From contig JBAZNT010000010.1 in NCBI GenBank assembly GCA_041649115.1, forward strand, positions 3,979-67,978: 64,000 nt of DNA, in the 5' to 3' direction. Positions 43,435 to 49,952 of the stretch are shown here, piece after piece. Under the pieces are notes generated by a model. It did not search any database. It saw only the letters and a program-made list of their open reading frames with translations, and was not told the DNA's origin. How positions within the stretch are numbered: position 1 is the stretch's first letter; every line of letters starts with the position of its first letter. The stretch is from Candidatus Omnitrophota bacterium. GTDB taxonomy: Bacteria; Omnitrophota; Gorgyraeia; Gygaellales; Profunditerraquicolaceae. Both the position numbers and the translations under genes were made by a program.

Positions 43435-43653
43435 GCGCCCGGTGCCAAAAGGCACCTGGCGCTAAGCAGTACCCAACGCTAAACGATATACCCGACCTAA
43501 GCGGATAGGTCGGTATCCGCCTGGTAATTAACACCTGGCGCTAAGCGGAATTGCGTTGGTGTCCTGTTTAATGATTAACACCCGGCGCTAAGTGGTATTG
43601 CGTTGGTGTGCAGTTAACATTATTACACCCAATCCTAAAGGATGGATTGGTGT
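43435..43653 (+). repeat. Phased array of structured hairpin units (H0 43435-43462; H1 43488-43516; H2 43531-43562; H3 43578-43609; H4 43625-43653)
   Basis: H1-H4 share one architecture: 5 bp, a 1-nt pyrimidine bulge, 5 bp, and an 8-11-nt loop. The units carry compensatory base changes. G-U pairs are allowed only in + strand RNA. See the findings for detail. Confidence 0.7.
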
Positions 43654-43679
43654 TCTCTTTCTAGAGAAGGAGGTGGGGG

Positions 43680-43745
43680 ATGGCTTGTGGATGCGGATGC
43701 CGTAAGGCGAAGAAAGCGAAGAAGAAGACCAAGAAGAAAAAGTAG
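43680..43745 (+). CDS. 21-aa Cys/Lys-rich micro-protein (MACGCGCRKAKKAKKKTKKKK)
   Basis: A near-perfect SD (AAGGAGGT, 43667-43674) lies 5-6 nt upstream of ATG 43680. The stop is TAG 43743-43745. It is not in the ORF track because it is too short. Confidence 0.45.
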   Translation: MACGCGCRKAKKAKKKTKKKK

Positions 43746-43755
43746 TTTTGAATAC

Positions 43756-43781
43756 GGCGCGGCAGGTGATTTTGCCGCGCC
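43756..43781 (+). other. Perfect 9-bp GC-rich hairpin (intercistronic stabiliser or weak terminator)
   Basis: GGCGCGGCA (43756-43764) pairs with TGCCGCGCC (43773-43781) around an 8-nt loop. Only a poor U-tract follows (GCGCTATTTAT). Confidence 0.5.
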
Positions 43782-43808
43782 GCGCTATTTATAGGAAGGG
43801 GGTTTAAG

Positions 43809-43967
43809 ATGACAAAATACCGTTGCACAGTCTGTGGTTATATCTATGACCCGCAGACAGGAGATCCCGAGCATGACATAAAACCAGGCACTGCATTCGA
43901 GGACCTGCCTGATACCTGGGTTTGCCCGGAATGCGGCGTAGGCAAGGATATGTTCGAGAAAATATGA
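43809..43967 (+). CDS. Rubredoxin
   Basis: 52 aa: [52 protein letters not shown]. It has the two CxxCG knuckles and the conserved YxYDP, FEDLP and W residues. It is not in the ORF track because it is shorter than 60 aa. Confidence 0.93.
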   Translation: MTKYRCTVCGYIYDPQTGDPEHDIKPGTAFEDLPDTWVCPECGVGKDMFEKI

Positions 43968-44434
43968 TAACGATTCCGCGCGAGGTCGTGCATTTTTTCG
44001 GAGAGCAGGGGTGCGTTATCCTTACTTCTATTGACGAAAAAGGCAGGCCGCATAGCTCCTGTAAAGGGATAGTCAAGATAGACCCGGCAGGGATGTTTTA
44101 TCTTCTGGACCTCTACCGCGCCGCAACCTATAGCAATATCAACAAGGACGCCAAGGTCAGCATTACCGCTTTCAATGAGCATGCCTTTAAAGGGTATTGC
44201 CTTAAGGGAAAGGCAAAGGCCGTGGCAGCAGGGAAGATAGAAGGAAGTATCCTCAGGGCATGGGAGAATAGGATTGCATCCAGGATTACGCAGCGGGTAG
44301 TCCGTGATATCAAAGAAGAGAAAATCCAGCCCAGGCACCCGGAGGTTTCCTTGCCAAAACCGGCTTATATGATTGCAATCACGGTCGAAGAAATAGTCGA
44401 CCTTACCCCGCGGCACCTAAGAGGAGGGGAATGA
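43964..44434 (+). CDS. Pyridoxamine 5'-phosphate oxidase-like FMN-binding protein
   Basis: ATG 43964 overlaps the rubredoxin stop (ATGA). The product is a 156-aa split-barrel-like protein ([18 protein letters not shown]). The upstream extension in the track lies inside the rubredoxin gene. Confidence 0.6.
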   Translation: MITIPREVVHFFGEQGCVILTSIDEKGRPHSSCKGIVKIDPAGMFYLLDLYRAATYSNINKDAKVSITAFNEHAFKGYCLKGKAKAVAAGKIEGSILRAWENRIASRITQRVVRDIKEEKIQPRHPEVSLPKPAYMIAITVEEIVDLTPRHLRGGE

Positions 44435-44437
44435 GAT

Positions 44438-44914
44438 ATGGGCAATATATTTTCCGGCAGCGAGGTTATAGAGCTTGGCATTGAGATTGAAAAGAACGGC
44501 CGCGATTTCTACAATGCGCTGGCAACAAAGTCTAAGAGCGAAGACAGCCGCGCTACCTTTTTAAAACTGGCCACAGAAGAAGAGAAGCACCTCGAGGCAT
44601 TCAACGGGATGCTAGAGAGGGCCGGCTCAAGCGATATGGTAGAGTCCTATTCCGATGAATACAGCGGCTATATGCGCGCCTTGGCCTCCGAGAGCATCTT
44701 CACCCGGAAGGACAAGGGTAGGCAGATCGCCGCCGGAGTAAAAACAGAAGCGGAGGCAATTGAGTTAGGGATAGGCTTTGAGAAGGATTCCATCCTTTTC
44801 TACGAAGGGATGAAGAAGGCGGTTCCGGAATATGACCACAAGGTTATCGATGAACTTATTGCGCAGGAGCAGTCTCACCTTCGCCTCCTGCGGGGGCTGA
44901 AGATGGGCAAATGA
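44438..44914 (+). CDS. Ferritin-like diiron four-helix-bundle protein (rubrerythrin/erythrin family, no rubredoxin domain)
   Basis: It is an internal duplication with E...ExxH twice: EIEKNGRDFY...EEEKHLEAF and GFEKDSILFY...QEQSHLRLL. Confidence 0.75.
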   Translation: MGNIFSGSEVIELGIEIEKNGRDFYNALATKSKSEDSRATFLKLATEEEKHLEAFNGMLERAGSSDMVESYSDEYSGYMRALASESIFTRKDKGRQIAAGVKTEAEAIELGIGFEKDSILFYEGMKKAVPEYDHKVIDELIAQEQSHLRLLRGLKMGK

Positions 44915-44925
44915 AAGGAGAGGCC

Positions 44926-45162
44926 ATGGACAAAAAGGTAAAGATCTACAGTACTCCTACCTGTCCGTTTTGCATCCGTGCCAAGCAATACCTCAAGGAC
45001 AACAATGTTGTTTTTGAGGATGTCGACGTATCCGGCAATCAGCAGGCGGCGGAAGAAATGGTATCTAAGAGCGGTCAGATGGGAGTTCCGGTACTGGATA
45101 TCGACGGAGAGATTATTGTCGGTTTCGACAAAGACAGGATAAGCCAGCTCCTCGGGCTTTGA
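44926..45162 (+). CDS. Glutaredoxin-like small redox protein
   Basis: 78 aa. The active site is CPFC (YSTPTCPFCIRAK). The GVPVL...G block is present. Confidence 0.85.
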   Translation: MDKKVKIYSTPTCPFCIRAKQYLKDNNVVFEDVDVSGNQQAAEEMVSKSGQMGVPVLDIDGEIIVGFDKDRISQLLGL

Positions 45163-46076
45163 AGATGTACGACCTTATTATTATCGGCGCAGGCCCGGCA
45201 GGCATCACCGCCAGCGTCTATGCGGCACGCAAGGGCATGCGTCTTCTGGTGATCAGCCGTGATATCGGCGGCCAGGCCGCCTGGAGCGGAGATGTAGAGA
45301 ATTATACCGGCTATCAGTTCATCAGCGGGCCGGAGTTGGCTGCCAAGTTTGAGGAACACCTGCGCAGATTCCAATTAGAACTGAGGGAAGGCGAGACAGT
45401 CATAGATATCTCCAAGGATGGCGAGCAGGTCGTAGTGAGGACCTCCGAAAACCTCTACCAGTCCAAAACCGCAATTATCTCTTCCGGTAAGAGCTCCCGC
45501 GAACTCAATGTCCCCGGCGAAAAAGAATTTAAAAATAAAGGGCTGACTTACTGCGCTACCTGCGACGGACCGCTCTTTCTGGGCAAGAAGGTAGCGGTAA
45601 TCGGCGGAGGCAATTCCGCCCTGGATGCGGCTATACAGCTGATGCGGATAGCACGCCATGTCTACGTCATCAACAATTCCGAAGAACTGGGCGGTGATAG
45701 CCTGATGCGCGAGAAGGTCCTGGCCGCCGCGAATGTCACGGTTTATAATCATACGCGCGTAAAGGCCGTCTTGGGGGAAAAATTTGTTGGCGCGCTTGTC
45801 ATCCATGGCAAGGGCAGCGAGGAAAAACTGGGGGTGGAGGGGGTATTCGTAGAGATTGGCCTTATCCCGAATTCTCAGTTTGCCGGAGGTATCCAGAAGA
45901 ACGAAATAGGAGAAATAAAGGTAAACTCTCTTAATGAAACCAGCGCCCCCGGCATCTTTGCTGCCGGAGATGTCACCGACGTAGCTCAGAAGCAGATTAT
46001 CATTGCCGCCGGCGAAGGCGCGAAGGCCGCGCTTTCCGCATTCAATTATCTGGTGCAGCATAAATTCTCTTCATAA
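45159..46076 (+). CDS. trxB: Thioredoxin-disulfide reductase family flavoprotein
   Basis: The FAD motif is IIGAGPAG. The redox-active motif is CATCDG. The NAD(P) motif is VIGGGNSALD. The motif GDV is also present. Confidence 0.88.
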   Translation: MKMYDLIIIGAGPAGITASVYAARKGMRLLVISRDIGGQAAWSGDVENYTGYQFISGPELAAKFEEHLRRFQLELREGETVIDISKDGEQVVVRTSENLYQSKTAIISSGKSSRELNVPGEKEFKNKGLTYCATCDGPLFLGKKVAVIGGGNSALDAAIQLMRIARHVYVINNSEELGGDSLMREKVLAAANVTVYNHTRVKAVLGEKFVGALVIHGKGSEEKLGVEGVFVEIGLIPNSQFAGGIQKNEIGEIKVNSLNETSAPGIFAAGDVTDVAQKQIIIAAGEGAKAALSAFNYLVQHKFSS

Positions 46077-46241
46077 TAACAGCGGCTCCCGGCCCGCGTT
46101 ATTACTGAGCGCTCCGGGTTGCCCGCGGTATTGTAAACAGCCCCGGCGGATCCCCGCAAATTTTATTTTTTTAACGGCAGAGGTGTTGTTTTTTTAAGGA
46201 TTGCCTGCTATAATAATGGCATTTAAACAAAGGAGACTATC

Positions 46242-46463
46242 ATGAGAGAGAAAGTGGAAGAGGTAATCAAAAGAATCCGCCCGATGCTGGCTGCTGATGG
46301 CGGAGACCTGGAGTTGATAGATGTCAGCGAGGACGGGATAGTAAAGGTGAAGCTCACCGGCAGCTGCGGATGCTGTCCGATGAGCCAGATGACGCTGAAG
46401 ATGGGCATTGAGCGCATGCTCAAGGAGGCCTTGCCTGAAGTCAAGCAGGTCGTGGCCGTATAA
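46242..46463 (+). CDS. NifU C-terminal-domain (Nfu-type) Fe-S cluster carrier
   Basis: 73 aa. Blocks are IRPMLAADGGDLELIDV and CGCCPMSQMTL (a CxxC variant). Confidence 0.85.
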   Translation: MREKVEEVIKRIRPMLAADGGDLELIDVSEDGIVKVKLTGSCGCCPMSQMTLKMGIERMLKEALPEVKQVVAV

Positions 46464-46480
46464 GTAAGCCGTTTTCTGTT

Positions 46481-47686
46481 ATGAAGAGCATCAGGGAGAT
46501 TAACGAAAAGATTAAAGCCGGCCAGGCAGTAGTGGTTACTGCCGAGGAGGTTATTGAATTAGTAGATAAGAAGGGCGCGAGGAAAGCGGCGGAAGAGGTG
46601 GATGTCGTCACTACCGGCACCTTCGGTCCGATGTGTTCCAGCGGCGCCTACTTTAACATCGGGCATTCGAAACCCCGGATAAAAATCGGCGGAGGCAGCT
46701 GCAAGCTTAATGACGTGCCTGCTTATTGCGGATTTGCCGCGGTTGATATTTACCTGGGCGCAACCGCCATACCGGACGACGACCCCCGCAATAAGGTTTT
46801 CCCGGGTGAGTTCCGCTACGGAGGCGGCCACGTTATCCAGGAATTAGTCGCCGGAAAGGATGTCAGGCTGGAGGCCAGCGCCCACGGCACAAATTGTTAT
46901 CCCCGCCGGAGGCTGGAGACTTACATTAATATCAAAGACCTTAATGAAGCAGTGTTATTTAATATGCGCAACTGCTATCAGAATTACGGGGTGGCGGTGA
47001 ACCTTTCCGATAATATGATTTATACCTACATGGGGGCTCTCAAGCCTTCTCTCGGCAATGCCAATTACTGCTCTGCCGGGCAACTCTCTCCGCTCCTGAA
47101 AGACCCATATTATAAGACTATCGGGATAGGCACCAGGATATTTTTAGGCGGAGGAGTCGGCTATGTGGCCTGGAACGGGACTCAGCATAATCCCGGAGTA
47201 AAGCGCCGCGATAACGGAACGCCGGTTGCATCTGCCGGCACCCTGGCAGTTATCGGTGATTTAAAACAGATGAATCCGCAGTGGCTGGTAGGTACCAGCA
47301 TGTTAGGTTACGGCGCCACCCTTAGCGTAGGGATAGGGATCCCCATCCCGGTATTGGGCGAAGAGGTAATCAGGCACGCCTCTGTCAAAGACGAGGATAT
47401 CTATACCCAGGTTATCGATTACAGCCACGATTACCCCGGCATGACCGGCCGCGTTATCGCAGAGGTAAATTATGCCCAGCTTAAAAGCGGCAGGATTACG
47501 GTAAAAGGCAGAGAGGTGCCTGCGGGGAACCTCTCCAGCTATTCCAGGGCGCGTCAGATTGCGGAAGAATTGAAATCCTGGATTATGGAAAAAGATTTTT
47601 TGCTTACCGAAGCGGTCGCTCCTTTACCCGGCCCGGAATCCGGATATGCCTTCCGGCCTCTAAAGGAAAGGCCGCCGGTGTTTTAA
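46481..47686 (+). CDS. COG1900/DUF39 homocysteine biosynthesis protein (L-aspartate-semialdehyde sulfurtransferase, methanogen MA1821-type)
   Basis: 401 aa. The N-terminal block VVTAEE...VDVVTTGTFGPMCSSGA and the overall pattern match my recollection of the family. Confidence 0.7.
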   Translation: MKSIREINEKIKAGQAVVVTAEEVIELVDKKGARKAAEEVDVVTTGTFGPMCSSGAYFNIGHSKPRIKIGGGSCKLNDVPAYCGFAAVDIYLGATAIPDDDPRNKVFPGEFRYGGGHVIQELVAGKDVRLEASAHGTNCYPRRRLETYINIKDLNEAVLFNMRNCYQNYGVAVNLSDNMIYTYMGALKPSLGNANYCSAGQLSPLLKDPYYKTIGIGTRIFLGGGVGYVAWNGTQHNPGVKRRDNGTPVASAGTLAVIGDLKQMNPQWLVGTSMLGYGATLSVGIGIPIPVLGEEVIRHASVKDEDIYTQVIDYSHDYPGMTGRVIAEVNYAQLKSGRITVKGREVPAGNLSSYSRARQIAEELKSWIMEKDFLLTEAVAPLPGPESGYAFRPLKERPPVF

Positions 47687-47708
47687 AAGCAACGGGAGTT
47701 TTAAGGTT

Positions 47709-48116
47709 ATGATTTCCAAAAGGATAGTTTTGCATTTCCCGCACCGTTTAGTGGACCAGCCTATAATATATAAGCTTGTCCGCGACTATAATATTACCTT
47801 CAATATCCTCAAGGCCTCTGTTACGCCGCAGGAAGAGGGATTAATGGTCCTGGAGCTTGGCGGAGAGGATGCCGATTTCAAGAAAGGAATGGAATACCTT
47901 AAGTCCTGCGGGGTGAAGGTCCAGCCTTTAAGCGAAGATGTCGTACGCAACGAAGCTAAGTGCACCGACTGCGGGGTGTGTGTTCCGATATGCCCGACAG
48001 GGGCGTTGGAGATCGACCCTATTACGCGCAAGGTGAGCTTCTACGATACCAAGTGCATTGCCTGCGAGCTATGCGTCAAGATATGCCCTACTAAAGCCAT
48101 GGAAGTTCACCTTTAA
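47709..48116 (+). CDS. NIL domain + 2x[4Fe-4S] ferredoxin (MA1822-type partner of COG1900)
   Basis: A NIL-like N-terminal domain is followed by two CxxCxxCxxxCP motifs (CTDCGVCVPICP, CIACELCVKICP). Confidence 0.75.
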   Translation: MISKRIVLHFPHRLVDQPIIYKLVRDYNITFNILKASVTPQEEGLMVLELGGEDADFKKGMEYLKSCGVKVQPLSEDVVRNEAKCTDCGVCVPICPTGALEIDPITRKVSFYDTKCIACELCVKICPTKAMEVHL

Positions 48117-48139
48117 AGGAATATCAATCCAGTCCCGAT

Positions 48140-48958
48140 ATGAATAAACTCGCCAGGCTGCGGAGGATACTGCAAAAGACGGGTTCGCTGTTGGTGGCTT
48201 ATTCCGGAGGCGCGGATAGCACGCTTCTTTTAAAGGTAGCGGTTGATACGCTTGGCGATAAGGTCATGGCGGTAACCGCAGATTCCCCTACTTATCCGCT
48301 CCAGGAGAGGCTGTTCGCCAGCCGCATGGCCGCTAAATTGGGCGTGCGCCATAAGATCATAAAGACCGCCGAACTTAAAAACCCGGCTTTTTATCGCAAT
48401 CCTCTCAACCGCTGTTATTATTGCAAGAGAGAACTTTTCAGGCGCCTCAAGGAGATTGCCCGTAAGAACAGGATAAGCTTTGTAGCCGATGCCAGCAATG
48501 TTTCGGATAAGAATGATTTTCGTCCGGGCAGACGCGCCACAAAAGAAATAGGGGTGCTTTCTCCGTTGGAGGAGGCGGGTTTGAATAAAGAGGATATACG
48601 TCGCTTCAGCAGAATGATGCACCTTGAGACCTGGGATAAGCCGTCCCTGGCATGTCTGGCTTCGCGCGTCCCTTACGGTATGGCGATCACCGCTTCTCTT
48701 CTGCAACAGGTGCGCCGGGCAGAGGAATTTTTACGCAGCTTGAAATTCCGGCAGGTGCGGGTTAGGCACTATGGCCGGCTCTGCCGGTTGGAGGTGTCTA
48801 CCCGGGAGATACCGCGTCTCGTTTCCAATCGCGCTGCCGTGGTGAGGAAGCTGCAGAGTCTGGGCTACCGCTACGTTACCGTTGACCTGGAGGGTTTTCA
48901 AAGCGGTAGCATGAATATTCAAAAAAATGATCGAAGAGAAAATCATCGAGTTCCTTAA
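48140..48958 (+). CDS. LarE-like PP-loop ATP-dependent sulfur transferase (TIGR00268-type)
   Basis: The PP-loop is SGGADS. Blocks are RCYYCK and the conserved CLASRVPYG (LarE sacrificial-Cys context). Confidence 0.7.
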   Translation: MNKLARLRRILQKTGSLLVAYSGGADSTLLLKVAVDTLGDKVMAVTADSPTYPLQERLFASRMAAKLGVRHKIIKTAELKNPAFYRNPLNRCYYCKRELFRRLKEIARKNRISFVADASNVSDKNDFRPGRRATKEIGVLSPLEEAGLNKEDIRRFSRMMHLETWDKPSLACLASRVPYGMAITASLLQQVRRAEEFLRSLKFRQVRVRHYGRLCRLEVSTREIPRLVSNRAAVVRKLQSLGYRYVTVDLEGFQSGSMNIQKNDRRENHRVP

Positions 48959-49898
48959 GAAAAAAAGCGGTTATGTCTCCGGGGAGGACCTGAGTAATCA
49001 CCTCCGGATCAGCCGGCAGGCGCTCTGGAAGCACATCCAGAACCTGCGGGAGTTGGATTACGATATCGTGGCAGTTCCGCATTTAGGCTACCAACTCCTG
49101 TCAGTGCCTGACAGGATGTTGCCTTTTGAGGTAACCGACGGTTTATTAACCAGGTTTATCGGAAGGAAGCTTTATTATTTTGAGAGTGTTTCTTCCACCA
49201 TGGACATTGCGGTAAAATTGGGAATGGATAATGCCCCCGAAGGAAGCCTCGTAGTGGCTGAGACGCAGACAAAAGGCAGGGGAAGGCTCAGCCGGCAGTG
49301 GCATTCCCCAAAGTATAGAGGCCTATATTTCTCGATACTGCTTAGGCCGCGTTTTCTCCTGAATGAAACCCCGCTCTTGACTCTCTTAAGCGCGGTGAGC
49401 GTCTGCGAAGGCGTGAAGGAAGCGACAGGCCTGGGCTGCCGTATTAAATGGCCAAACGATATCCTGCTTGGCAATAAAAAGGTGGGGGGGATATTGACGG
49501 AGTTAAATGCCGAGGCAGACGAGATGCGTTTTGTGGCAATCGGCATCGGCATTAACGTCAACAACGATAAAGGCAGCCTTTTTGAGGGAAGCGTTTCCCT
49601 GAGGGAGCACGCCGGAGAAGAGATCAGCCGCATCGGCCTATTGCAGAAGATACTCAAAAGCCTGGAAGACAATTATCTGCTTTTGGAATCCCGCGGCGGC
49701 CAGCCCATTATCCAGAAGTGGCGCGCCTTTAATACTACTATCGGCAGGAGGATAAAGGTTGTCTCTCACCACCGCCACAGCGAGGGGATTGCCGTGGATA
49801 TAGATAAAGACGGCAGCCTCCTCCTTAAGAGTGAGTCCGGCCGGACGGAGAGGATTACCGCCGGAGACGTAACACACTGCCGCCACCATCAATTGTAA
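48927..49898 (+). CDS. birA: Bifunctional biotin operon repressor / biotin-[acetyl-CoA-carboxylase] ligase
   Basis: An N-terminal wHTH is present (SGEDLSNHLRISRQALWKHIQNL). The ligase motif is GRGRLSRQW and KWPND is present. The gene overlaps the larE-like 3' end by 32 nt. Confidence 0.9.
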   Translation: MIEEKIIEFLKKKSGYVSGEDLSNHLRISRQALWKHIQNLRELDYDIVAVPHLGYQLLSVPDRMLPFEVTDGLLTRFIGRKLYYFESVSSTMDIAVKLGMDNAPEGSLVVAETQTKGRGRLSRQWHSPKYRGLYFSILLRPRFLLNETPLLTLLSAVSVCEGVKEATGLGCRIKWPNDILLGNKKVGGILTELNAEADEMRFVAIGIGINVNNDKGSLFEGSVSLREHAGEEISRIGLLQKILKSLEDNYLLLESRGGQPIIQKWRAFNTTIGRRIKVVSHHRHSEGIAVDIDKDGSLLLKSESGRTERITAGDVTHCRHHQL

Positions 49899-49917
49899 AC
49901 CAAAAATATATTATTGG

Positions 49918-49946
49918 TTGACATATAATCCCGCAGGCCTTATGAT
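49918..49946 (+). promoter_or_regulatory. Promoter candidate (-35 TTGACA, 17-nt spacer, -10 TATGAT) ending 6 nt before the GTG start of the TonB-dependent receptor
   Basis: The hexamers are at 49918-49923 and 49941-49946. Confidence 0.5.
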
Positions 49947-49952
49947 AACAGC

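Noticed and set aside
43435-43660. The hairpin array as a possible mini-CRISPR array.
   Set aside because: The units are not identical repeats, because the inner stems differ completely. The 'spacers' are only 14-15 nt and are related to each other. There is no leader or cas context. A structured RNA or REP-like element is the better description.
46077-46241. The GC-rich segment after trxB with the repeated GCCCGCG(T/G)TATT words, considered as a possible structured RNA or terminator.
   Set aside because: I could not derive a convincing stem by hand. Only a 4-bp GCGG/CCGC hairpin precedes the T-run. It is probably a weak terminator plus the nfu promoter, and I leave it unannotated.
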